This document shows positions 10,090 to 18,604 of a stretch of DNA of 64,000 nt, piece by piece. The stretch is taken from assembly GCA_035621995.1 (NCBI GenBank), contig DASPWF010000009.1:9945-73944 (forward strand), read 5' to 3'. Every line of letters starts with the position of its first letter. Within the stretch, counting starts at the first letter, position 1. Made by a program: the position numbers and the translations under genes. The notes under the pieces are model-generated. The model had not been told where the DNA came from. It saw only the letters and a list, made by a program, of their open reading frames with translations, and made no database searches. The stretch comes from Steroidobacteraceae bacterium (GTDB lineage Bacteria; Pseudomonadota; Gammaproteobacteria; Steroidobacterales; Steroidobacteraceae).

Positions 10090-10140
10090 GGGTGCACGCA
10101 CCCCTCGCGGCGCGTTACATTCTCATGAGGGTGTTACATT
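10090..10140. promoter_or_regulatory. Operator-like elements upstream of bhmt: a palindrome plus two GTTACATT direct repeats
   Basis: The palindrome gggtgc-ac-gcaccc lies at 10090..10103. GTTACATT lies at 10114..10121 and 10133..10140 (19-bp spacing). All lie 25-75 nt upstream of the bhmt start. Confidence 0.3.
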
Positions 10141-10235
10141 TTAATCAGGGTGGTGACGGCCCCGATGCCTCTTTTCGATGGGGTTATTCAATTTCTCGGC
10201 TGTGAAACCCAGACCGAGTATGGAAGCCTGATCCC

Positions 10236-10442
10236 ATGAGTACCGCAGCCGCGGAGCGCGGCCGCGCCGCCGCAGCGCGCTGCCCGGCGGCGCCCGAAGC
10301 CCTGCGACGGCACGTCGCCGGACTGCTCGGCGCCTACCGGCCCGGCTTTGCCCTGCCGGGCCCCATCGCATCGAGCGAGTACATGGTGGAGCTGTTGCAC
10401 ACCTGGTACACGGAGCGGCTGCGCGCACTGCTCGGTCTATAG
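10236..10442 (+). CDS. Hypothetical 68-aa protein (orphan plus-strand ORF between two minus-strand genes)
   Basis: It has an ATG start and G/C-rich third codon positions like the bona fide genes here. The C-terminus SEYMVELLHTWYTERLRALLGL looks helical. It has no convincing SD sequence and I recognise no family. Confidence 0.3.
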   Translation: MSTAAAERGRAAAARCPAAPEALRRHVAGLLGAYRPGFALPGPIASSEYMVELLHTWYTERLRALLGL

Positions 10443-10472
10443 CGCGCGGCGTGCTGCGACCAAGCTCAGCGC

Positions 10473-11660
10473 CTACACGATTGGCCTGCCGGCCATCTCC
10501 AGATGCAGTTGGTCGCCGCGGTAGGGGTGGCGGGCGATGAGCGGCTCGTTGAGCTCGACGCCGAGCCCGGGCTCGCTCGGCGGGATGACGTACCCGGCCT
10601 CCCAGCGGATCGGTTTCACGAGCACGTCCGCATGAAAGCCCTGCCAGCGCTCGATGCCCTCGAGGATCAGGAAATTCGGGCTGCAGGTGGCGAGCTGGAT
10701 GTTGGCCGCGCCGACGACCGGCCCGCAGTACAGGTGCGGCGCGAGCTGCACGTGATCCACCTCCGCGAGCGCTGCGATCTTCTTCGCCTCGAGGATTCCG
10801 CCGACGCGCCCGAGATTCATCTGCAGGATGGCGGCGGCGCCCGCGCGCAGCAGTCGCGCGAAATCGTACTTGGTGGCGAGCCGCTCGCCGGCCGCGATCG
10901 GGATGCTGGTGGCGCGCGCCACGCGCGCCATCTCCTCGGGCGCATCCGGCGGCACCGGCTCCTCGAACCACAGCGGGTCATAAGGCTCGAGGCGCCGCGC
11001 CAGGCGTATTGCGCCGGCGGCGGTCATCTGTCCGTGGGTGCCGAACAGCAGATCCGCGCGCGGTCCGACCGCCGCACGCAGCTGTCGCATGAAACGCTCG
11101 CACAGCTCGAGCGCTGCAAGCGACAGCTGCCGTCCGTCGAAAGCCGAATACGGTCCCGCGGGATCGAACTTCAGTGCCGTGAAGCCCTGTGCCACGTACT
11201 CGGCGGCGCGCTCGGCGGCGAGGTCCGGGTCCTGGTAGACGTCGGTCTTGTCTCCGGCGCGAGCATAGATGTAGGTATACGAGCGCAGCCGCTCGTGCAC
11301 TCGCCCGCCGAGCAGCTTGTATACCGGCTGACCCGCCTCCTTGCCGATGATGTCCCAGCACGCCATCTCGAGCGCCGAGAGCACCGCCATGAGCGAGAGG
11401 TCGGGATGCTGCGTATAGCCGGCGGAGTAGACGCGCCGCCAGATGCTCTCGATGTCGTGCGGATCCTCGCCGGCGAAGTAGCGGGCGAACACGTCGACCA
11501 GCATCCGCGCGACCACCTCCGGGTGGAACGGCAGGCAGTAGGCCTCCCCCACGCCGTGAACGTTGCCGTCGGTGGTCAGCTTGACGAAGACGAAGTAGCG
11601 CCCGCCGACGCCGGGCTGCGGGTTGCCGGCGACAAAGGTGCGGACGTCGATAAGTTTCAC
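10473..11660 (-). CDS. Enolase-superfamily enzyme (mandelate racemase / muconate lactonizing enzyme family; acid-sugar dehydratase-like)
   Basis: It is 395 aa. MKLIDVRTFVAGNP...RYFVFVKLTTDGNVHGVGEA...ALEMACWDIIGKEAGQPVYKLLGG is the typical MR/MLE N-terminal capping domain plus barrel. The start is GTG. Confidence 0.85.
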   Translation of the reverse strand: MKLIDVRTFVAGNPQPGVGGRYFVFVKLTTDGNVHGVGEAYCLPFHPEVVARMLVDVFARYFAGEDPHDIESIWRRVYSAGYTQHPDLSLMAVLSALEMACWDIIGKEAGQPVYKLLGGRVHERLRSYTYIYARAGDKTDVYQDPDLAAERAAEYVAQGFTALKFDPAGPYSAFDGRQLSLAALELCERFMRQLRAAVGPRADLLFGTHGQMTAAGAIRLARRLEPYDPLWFEEPVPPDAPEEMARVARATSIPIAAGERLATKYDFARLLRAGAAAILQMNLGRVGGILEAKKIAALAEVDHVQLAPHLYCGPVVGAANIQLATCSPNFLILEGIERWQGFHADVLVKPIRWEAGYVIPPSEPGLGVELNEPLIARHPYRGDQLHLEMAGRPIV

Positions 11661-11680
11661 GACAATGTTGCTTATATCAG

Positions 11681-13312
11681 ATGAGTGATCCTGACTACAT
11701 CATCGTCGGTGCGGGCACCGCCGGTTGCGTGCTCGCCAACCGTCTGACGGCGAGCGGCGCGCACCGCGTGCTGCTCCTCGAGGCGGGCGGCGCGGACCGC
11801 TCGCTGCTGATTCGGGTGCCGATCGGCTACGGACGCACTTTCAACGACCCACGTTACAACTGGATGTACGAAGCGGAAGCGGATCCCGCGCTCGACAACC
11901 GCCGCGCCTTCTGGCCACGCGGCAAGGTGCTCGGGGGCTCGAGCTCCATCAATGCCATGGTGTACGTGCGCGGTCAGCCCGGGGATTTCGATGACTGGTG
12001 CGCGGCGGGCAACCCCGGGTGGTCGTGGGCGGAGGTGCTGCCCTACTTCCGCAAGCTCGAGGATCACGCCTGGGGTGCCTCCGAGTATCACGGTGCCGGG
12101 GGACCGGTGTACGTGGGCGACGTATCGGCGAACGTCCATCCGCTGTGCGCTACCTTTCTCGAGGCCTGCACCGTGCTTGGCATTCCGCACACGGGTGATT
12201 TCAACGGCGCGCAGCCAGCAGGCGCCGGATTATGGCAGGTCACGATCAAGGACGGCCGGCGCGTCTCGAGCGCGAGCGCCTACCTGCATCCGGCCATGCG
12301 GCGCGCCAACTTGAGCGTCGAGCTGCGTGCGCAGGCGACGCGCATCCTCTTCACCGGTACCCGTGCGACCGGCGTCGAATACATTCAGGGCGGCGAGCGA
12401 CGTGTCGCCCGGGCGCGGCGCGAGGTACTGCTGTCAGCCGGGGCAATCAACTCGCCGCAGCTCCTCGAGCTCTCGGGCGTTGGCGATGCCGAGATCCTGC
12501 GGCGCTTCGACGTTCCGCTCGTCGCCGACGCACCGGCGGTCGGACGGGGGCTGCAGGATCATCTCGCAGTGAACTATTACTACCGCTCGCGCGTGCGCAC
12601 GCTCAACAACCAGCTCGCCCCTTGGTACGGCAAGGTGAAGGCGGCGTTGCGCTACGCCTTCGGACGGCGCGGCCCGCTCGCGATGAGCGTCAACCAGGCG
12701 GGCGCCTTCCTGCGCAGCCGCCCCGGGCTCGGCCGCCCGAACCTGCACATCTACTTCAACCCCGCGAGCTACAGCACGACCACCCACGGCGCGCGGCGGC
12801 GCCTTCTCAACCCCGACCCCTACCCGGGGTTCCTCATGTCGTTCAACACCTGTCGCCCGACGAGCCGCGGCACGATCCACATCCGCTCCGCCGATCCACT
12901 CGCCGCGCCCGCCATCTCGCCGAACTCACTGTCGACTGCCGAAGACGTGCAAGACGTGTTCGACGGCGCCCGCATCGTGCGCGGCATCGCCGCCGCCGCG
13001 CCGCTTGCCAAGGTGACCGAGGCCGAGCGCGAGCCGGGCGCGGCGGTCAAGTCGGACAACGAGGTGCTCGCGGATTTTCGCCGGCGTGCAGGCTCGGTGT
13101 TCCACGCGAGCGGTACGTGCGCGATGGGCCCGGTGGCCCGCAATTCGGTGGTCGATCCGCGGCTGCGCGTTCACGGCATCCAGGGGCTGCGGGTGGTCGA
13201 CGCCTCAGTCTTTCCGAACGTAACCTCCGGCAACACGAACACGCCCACGCTGATGGTCGCCGAGAAGGCAGCCGATCTCATTCTGGAAGACAGCCAGCTG
13301 CCGCGGGGGTAA
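11681..13312 (+). CDS. GMC-family FAD oxidoreductase (choline dehydrogenase-like)
   Basis: It is 543 aa. DYIIVGAGTAGCVLANRLTASGAHRVLLLEAGG and GGSSSINAMVYVRG are GMC signatures, and the C-terminal HASGTCAMG...VDASVFP is also present. Confidence 0.9.
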   Translation: MSDPDYIIVGAGTAGCVLANRLTASGAHRVLLLEAGGADRSLLIRVPIGYGRTFNDPRYNWMYEAEADPALDNRRAFWPRGKVLGGSSSINAMVYVRGQPGDFDDWCAAGNPGWSWAEVLPYFRKLEDHAWGASEYHGAGGPVYVGDVSANVHPLCATFLEACTVLGIPHTGDFNGAQPAGAGLWQVTIKDGRRVSSASAYLHPAMRRANLSVELRAQATRILFTGTRATGVEYIQGGERRVARARREVLLSAGAINSPQLLELSGVGDAEILRRFDVPLVADAPAVGRGLQDHLAVNYYYRSRVRTLNNQLAPWYGKVKAALRYAFGRRGPLAMSVNQAGAFLRSRPGLGRPNLHIYFNPASYSTTTHGARRRLLNPDPYPGFLMSFNTCRPTSRGTIHIRSADPLAAPAISPNSLSTAEDVQDVFDGARIVRGIAAAAPLAKVTEAEREPGAAVKSDNEVLADFRRRAGSVFHASGTCAMGPVARNSVVDPRLRVHGIQGLRVVDASVFPNVTSGNTNTPTLMVAEKAADLILEDSQLPRG

Positions 13313-13344
13313 CCTGCCTCGCAGCCTTCAGGCACTGAGAACGC

Positions 13345-14682
13345 ATGAGCGAACTGCAATCGAGCGTGGTTTCCGGAGTCGGCGAGCTGCAGCGTGCGCC
13401 CGCGACGCAGTCGGCGACGCTGCTCGTACGCTGGTACGTGCTTATCATGATGTGCCTGGTGTACACGCTAAGCATTGCCGACCGCTACGTCGTGTCGACC
13501 GTGCTCGATCCGATCCGCCTCGAGCTGCATCTCACCGACTCGGGAGTGGCCTGGCTCACCGGTGCCGCGTTTGGACTCTTCTACGTGGTGCTCGGCTTTC
13601 CGCTGTCCTGGCTCATCGACCGCAAGAGCCGCCGCACCATCGTTGCCGTGTGCCTGGTGCTGTGGTCGGTGATGACCGCCCTGTGCGGACTGGCCCGCAC
13701 CTCGCTGCAGTTCTTTCTCGCCCGCGTCGGGGTGACCATCGGCGAGGCCGGCGGCACGCCCGGGGCGAACTCGCTGCTCTCCGATTACTTCCCAGCTACG
13801 CGGCGCGCCATGGCGCTTACGGTATTCGCGCTCGGGGCGCCGATCGGCGCCTGGGTCGGCTACAACGTCGCCGGCGCTATCGCCGATCACTATGGCTGGC
13901 GTGCGGTGTTCTTCGCGCTCGGCATACCCGGCGTGCTGGCCGGGCTCGCGGTGTGGCTTACGGTGCGCGAACCGCGGCGCGGCTGTCTCGACAGCGGCGA
14001 CGACGGCGAAGCGCCCACGATCGCAACGACGCTGCGATTTCTCTGGCAGCAGCGCTCGGCGGTGCACGTGATGATGGGGACGGCGGTGTGCGCGCTGTGG
14101 GGCTGGGGACTCATGTTCTGGACCCCGGCTTTCCTGCAACGCACTTATCACCTGAGCGTCGGGCAGGCGGGCGCGGTGACGCAAAACATGCACCTGTGGG
14201 GCGGGGGTATCGCAACGCTCGTGACCGGCTTTCTCATGGCCCGCAGCAGCATGGTCGATGCCCGCCGCATCGTATGGCTGCTCGCTGGCGGCATCGCCCT
14301 CGCAACCGTCGCCTCGGGAGTCGTCTACTACACCCGCGATCTCACGGTGGCCCGCGCGATGCTATGGATCTTCATTCCCTCAATCTACTTCTACATCGGC
14401 CCCGGCTTTGGTCTTCTCAACAACCTGGCGCAGTGCCGCATGCGAGCGATGTTCTGTGCCATGGTGCTGTTTCTCGCCAACCTCGGGAACCTGGTCATCG
14501 CGCCGCCGCTGATCGGTGCCCTGAGCGACTGGTTTGCGCCGAATCACGTCTCGAACGCCGACTCGCTGCGGCTCGCGATGCTGTGCCTCGTGCCCACGGG
14601 CTTCTGGGCCGCCGCGCACCTCTACCTCGCGGCGCGTGACATCCTCAAGGACCAGGAGCGCGCGCGGGGCTTTCCGTATTAG
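13345..14682 (+). CDS. MFS transporter
   Basis: It is 445 aa with about 12 hydrophobic segments. The DRKSRRT loop motif follows TM2, as is typical of MFS. Confidence 0.85.
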   Translation: MSELQSSVVSGVGELQRAPATQSATLLVRWYVLIMMCLVYTLSIADRYVVSTVLDPIRLELHLTDSGVAWLTGAAFGLFYVVLGFPLSWLIDRKSRRTIVAVCLVLWSVMTALCGLARTSLQFFLARVGVTIGEAGGTPGANSLLSDYFPATRRAMALTVFALGAPIGAWVGYNVAGAIADHYGWRAVFFALGIPGVLAGLAVWLTVREPRRGCLDSGDDGEAPTIATTLRFLWQQRSAVHVMMGTAVCALWGWGLMFWTPAFLQRTYHLSVGQAGAVTQNMHLWGGGIATLVTGFLMARSSMVDARRIVWLLAGGIALATVASGVVYYTRDLTVARAMLWIFIPSIYFYIGPGFGLLNNLAQCRMRAMFCAMVLFLANLGNLVIAPPLIGALSDWFAPNHVSNADSLRLAMLCLVPTGFWAAAHLYLAARDILKDQERARGFPY

Positions 14683-15937
14683 CTGCCCGTGCGTCCCCGT
14701 AACGGCCCCACTCGATCGGGCGCACGGGCGGAACAGCGACGAGCCAGGCGAGGAGCCCGACGAGCGCGATCACGCCCGCGACCCAGAGCGCCGCGGTGTA
14801 GTGTCCCGTCCCGCGCGCTAGGTACCCGGCTGTGAGTGGCGCGATGATGCCGGCGGTGTTCGACACCGCATTCTGCACGCCCATCCAGCGGCCAGTCGCG
14901 AGCGGACCGGCGAACTTCTGCACGAGCGAGCACACCGACGGCGCATTCATGCCGTCCATGACGCCGGCCGCCAGCAGCAGCAGCGCGGCGCCCGTCAGGC
15001 CGGCACTCCCCGCGGTGAGTAAGCAGATGCCGACACCAGCGGCGCTTACGACCAGTGCGGTCTTGTAAGCCCGGTTTGGGCTGGCGCCTCGCCGCGTCCA
15101 GGCATCGAGCAGCCAGCCGGTGGCCAGCACACTCGCCGAGTCGCACAGGTAGAACCCACTCGTCAGGCTGCCCATCCTGAGCAGCGACAGGCCACGCTCG
15201 TGGACCAGATAAAGCGGCAGTGTGCTGAATACGAAGTAGAAAGCGTAGTTCGAGCAGAAGTTGCCGAGCATGGTCCCCCAGAGCCCGCGCTGGCGCAGGA
15301 TCTCTGCATATGAGGGACTGCGATCCGCGCTGCCTGCGGAGCGCATGGCAGGCGCCGCTCGTAACTGACCCCGCCAGGGCAAGAGCCACAGCAGCGATGC
15401 CAGTCCGAGCGAGATGAACATGGCTCGCCAGCCATAGCGCTCCATGATCATGACGCTGAGCGTCGTACCGATCGCGGGGCCGATCATGCCCCCGAGCTGC
15501 AGGACACTGGTAGCGCGAGCCCGGTGGCGGTCCGTCACCCGCTGCGCGAGCAGCGCCAGCGCGCTCGGATAGGTCACGGATTCGGCGGCGCCCATCACCA
15601 GCCGTGCGCCGACCAGGGTGCGAACGCCGGAAGACAGGCCTGTCGCCACCGTGGCCAGCGACCAGACTGCGAATCCTGTGGCGAGCACGCGCGCCGCACC
15701 CAGGCGATCCGCGCACCAACCGACGAGTGGTTGCGCACAGACGTATGCCCAGAAGAAAGCCGAAATCACCCAGCCGAGCTGATCCGGGGCGAGATGCAGC
15801 TCTTTCTCGAGCACCGGCGCGGCAGTTGAGATCGTGCCGCGGTCGATGTAGTTGATCATGAGCGCGGCGCCGAGCAGCACCACCATCGCGAGTGGCACGC
15901 GCGCCGACGGAGGTGCGGTGAGCGAGGCGTCGGACAC
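14645..15937 (-). CDS. MFS transporter (anion:cation symporter-like)
   Basis: It is 430 aa. LMINYIDRGTISTAAPVL...GWCADRLGARV are ACS-type MFS motifs. The start is GTG. Its 3' end overlaps the convergent MFS gene by 38 nt. Confidence 0.8.
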   Translation of the reverse strand: MSDASLTAPPSARVPLAMVVLLGAALMINYIDRGTISTAAPVLEKELHLAPDQLGWVISAFFWAYVCAQPLVGWCADRLGAARVLATGFAVWSLATVATGLSSGVRTLVGARLVMGAAESVTYPSALALLAQRVTDRHRARATSVLQLGGMIGPAIGTTLSVMIMERYGWRAMFISLGLASLLWLLPWRGQLRAAPAMRSAGSADRSPSYAEILRQRGLWGTMLGNFCSNYAFYFVFSTLPLYLVHERGLSLLRMGSLTSGFYLCDSASVLATGWLLDAWTRRGASPNRAYKTALVVSAAGVGICLLTAGSAGLTGAALLLLAAGVMDGMNAPSVCSLVQKFAGPLATGRWMGVQNAVSNTAGIIAPLTAGYLARGTGHYTAALWVAGVIALVGLLAWLVAVPPVRPIEWGRYGDARAANTESPARAPGP

Positions 15938-16316
15938 GCGTTACGGGCCGGAGTCCCGAGCCGTTGCAACGATCACGCTGACGCTCGGCCCGCGCAGCTT
16001 CGCATCCTTTGCACGCACCCCGAGTCCGATCTTTGCGTCATGCAGCCGTACCGTGTCATCAATCGTGCCGTGGACGCGAGCGTAGCAGGTGTGGAGACCG
16101 CGCTCATCAGGACTTTGAAGCTGTCGGGCGTAATTGAATCAGCGCTTCCCTTCCTTCGCCCTCCATCGTCCGGACGGGCGCGGCACATCACCTCCCGCCG
16201 GTGCCGGCGGCCTTTTGGGCTTATGGCGAGCGAGGCGGATGTGGAGTAAGAATGCACATCTCATCGCTTGCCGGATGAGCGTCAACACCTTTAGGGAAAG
16301 CAGCGGAGATCAAAAA

Positions 16317-17552
16317 ATGGCCACCATGCTCGACTCGATACTCGGGATGGTCACACCCGAAATGAAGCAAGCGCTAGCGTCGCGACTCGGGGAGCCTGCG
16401 CAGAGCGTGCAGACCGGACTCGGGACTGCCACGGCAGCGACGCTCGGAGGCCTCGCTAACAAGGCCGGCGACAGCGGGTTTCTATCGCAGGTCCTCGGAC
16501 TGTTAGGCGGTAGTGCCGGCGGCAACATACTCGGTAATCTCTCCTCGATACTTTCCAGCGGCCCGAGCGGCGCCACCGGCGACCTCGTCAACAAGTTCCT
16601 GCCGATGGTGTTCGGCTCGCAGCAGGGACAGGTCGCGAGCGCTATCTCGCAACAGGCAGGACTGAGCAATGCATCCGGCAGCGGGCTGCTGAAAGTCGCC
16701 GCCCCGCTGGTGCTCGGGTATCTCGCCAAGATGCAGAGCGCCGGCTCACTCAACGTGAGCTCCCTCGGCAGCATGCTGCGGGCCGAAGCCCCCAGCCTGC
16801 AGAGCGTCCTGCCGAGCGGGCTGCTGAGCGGCGCCGCGAGCACCGTGAGCGCCACCGCCGGGCGTGCCGCTTCGGCTGTACAGGCCGGCGTTGGCGCGGC
16901 CACCACCCGTAGCTCGCGCTGGATCGTGCCGCTCGCCATCATCGGGGCGTTGCTGCTCGCATGGCTGCTGATTCGCTCGCTGAATGCGCCGAAGGAAATC
17001 GCACAGAGCGCCACGAACGCCGGTAACGCCGCCGTCAACGCCGTGAACAATGCGGCCAACTCTGCCTGGTCTTCGCTCGGCGAGATCATCGTCGTGTCGT
17101 TGCCCGATGGCTCGAAGCTCAACGCACCGACGCTCGGCGTCGAGAACAAGCTGGTCAGCTACCTCAACGACGCTTCAGCCGGCGTCAGCGAAGACAAGTG
17201 GTTCGACTTCGACCGGCTGTTGTTCGATACCGGCTCGGCCACGCTGCAGCCTGCCTCGCAGGATCAGCTCGCCGACATGGCGGCAATCCTCAAAGCCTAT
17301 CCGGGCGTGAAGATCCGCATCGGGGGCTATACGGACAATACCGGCGATCCAGCAGCCAATCTCAAGCTCTCGCAAGACCGCGCCGACAGCGTGATGGCGG
17401 AGCTCGTGAAGCTCGGGATCGATCCATCGCGCATATCTGCAAAGGGCTACGGTGACGCCAACCCGATCGCAGACAATTCGACCGAGGAGGGACGGCAGAA
17501 GAACCGCCGCATCTCGCTGCGAGTAACCGACAAGCCGACCGGCGCGAGCTGA
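16317..17552 (+). CDS. DUF937-like / OmpA C-terminal domain protein
   Basis: I take the ATG at 16317, which has GGAGA upstream. The N-terminus MLDSILGMVTPEMKQALASRLGEP...LGGLANKAGDSG is DUF937-like. A TM segment follows. The C-terminus IRIGGYTDNTGDPAANLKLSQDRADSVMAELVKLGI...GYGDANPIADNSTEEGRQKNRRISLRV is an OmpA-like peptidoglycan-binding domain. Confidence 0.85.
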   Translation: MATMLDSILGMVTPEMKQALASRLGEPAQSVQTGLGTATAATLGGLANKAGDSGFLSQVLGLLGGSAGGNILGNLSSILSSGPSGATGDLVNKFLPMVFGSQQGQVASAISQQAGLSNASGSGLLKVAAPLVLGYLAKMQSAGSLNVSSLGSMLRAEAPSLQSVLPSGLLSGAASTVSATAGRAASAVQAGVGAATTRSSRWIVPLAIIGALLLAWLLIRSLNAPKEIAQSATNAGNAAVNAVNNAANSAWSSLGEIIVVSLPDGSKLNAPTLGVENKLVSYLNDASAGVSEDKWFDFDRLLFDTGSATLQPASQDQLADMAAILKAYPGVKIRIGGYTDNTGDPAANLKLSQDRADSVMAELVKLGIDPSRISAKGYGDANPIADNSTEEGRQKNRRISLRVTDKPTGAS

Positions 17553-17565
17553 AGCCCCGCACGAC

Positions 17566-17597
17566 GACCGTCCCATGCGGTTCCGCGTGGGACGGTC
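17566..17597. terminator. Bidirectional hairpin between convergent genes
   Basis: gaccgtccca-N12-tgggacggtc forms a perfect 10-bp stem. It sits between the stop at 17552 and the minus-strand stop at 17596..17598. Confidence 0.55.
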
Positions 17598-18420
17598 AGT
17601 GCGCGGCGGACGTGTTCGTGCCCTTGGTGCCCGGCTCGTCCGTCACCAACACGTCGGTGCGCAGTTGCGTACCCCCCAGCGTGAGCTGATTGGGGATGCA
17701 CGTAGACTTGTAGTCGACGTTACGCGTGGTAAATTGCGGCAGGATGCTCTGCTTGATCTGCTCGATAACCTCGCAGTCGCCGGCCTCCTTGACCGCGTCG
17801 TTCGAGGCGGTGAGGTCCACCCTCTTCCAGCGCGCCGGCACAACCTGTGGCGGTGCGCCAGCGTTGACCGGGTTCGCGCTGCTCGCCGGCTGAAGCACGT
17901 TCATCTTGATGGTGACGGTTGGAAAAATCGTCGGCGTACCCAGCGGGGCTGCACAAGGTCCCTGACTCACCTGCAGGTCAGGACGTGCGCCGAGCTTCAG
18001 GAGCGCAGCCCGGATGCGCTCCTGCAACCCGTCGCACGAGTACTTCGCGGTGAAACCCATGAACGTAAAGCGCAGCTCCCTGGGCGTCCAGACGGCGGCG
18101 ACCGGAGGCTCACCTCCCGCAGACGGTGGATAGTTAGGCGGTGCCTGGTAATTCGGCACCGGCTGCGGGTAATTTGGCGGTGCCTGCTGATAGTTGGGCG
18201 GTGGCTGCTGGTAGTTCGGCGGTGGCTGCTGGTAGTTCGGCGGCTGCTGCGGGTAGTTCGGCGGCGGCTGCGGGTAGTTCGGCGGCGGCTGGTAATTCGG
18301 GGACTGCTGGCTCAGCAGTGGCTGCTCGCCGCTCGCCTCGGCCGAGGCGAGCGCCGACAGCAGGACCGACAGGCCGGCTCCGGCCGCTCTCAGGGCAGGA
18401 GCCCGGTTCAGGGTACGCAT
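17596..18420 (-). CDS. Secreted protein with a 9x Pro-Asn-Tyr repeat tract and a Cys-containing C-terminal domain
   Basis: I take the ATG at 18420. MRTLNRAPALRAAGAGLSVLLSALASAEA is a signal peptide. The repeat tract follows, then a about 170-aa domain with 4 Cys. The track ORF (to 19188) extends antisense through the HD-domain gene and I trimmed it. Confidence 0.7.
   Translation of the reverse strand: MRTLNRAPALRAAGAGLSVLLSALASAEASGEQPLLSQQSPNYQPPPNYPQPPPNYPQQPPNYQQPPPNYQQPPPNYQQAPPNYPQPVPNYQAPPNYPPSAGGEPPVAAVWTPRELRFTFMGFTAKYSCDGLQERIRAALLKLGARPDLQVSQGPCAAPLGTPTIFPTVTIKMNVLQPASSANPVNAGAPPQVVPARWKRVDLTASNDAVKEAGDCEVIEQIKQSILPQFTTRNVDYKSTCIPNQLTLGGTQLRTDVLVTDEPGTKGTNTSAAH
18127..18303 (-). 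repeat. Coding tandem repeat: nine PNY-containing 6-7-residue units
   Basis: The tract reads SPNYQPPPNYPQPPPNYPQQPPNYQQPPPNYQQPPPNYQQAPPNYPQPVPNYQAPPNYPP. On the + strand this shows as recurring ggtagttcggcgg / ggtaattcgg units. Confidence 0.9.
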
Positions 18421-18604
18421 ACTGCCTCCAAGGCGCCCACGGGACGGCACAATTTCAGACAACACCCGGCGCACGGCGTTGCAATTGTAACAAGCACTGG
18501 CCGCGGCGATTTCCCTGGCCACCGGACCTGACCCTTCGCTCTGAACGCCGCGCGGAGTGAGGCGTTGACTCGAACGTCGGGAACGGCGACGGCAGTCGCG
18601 TATA

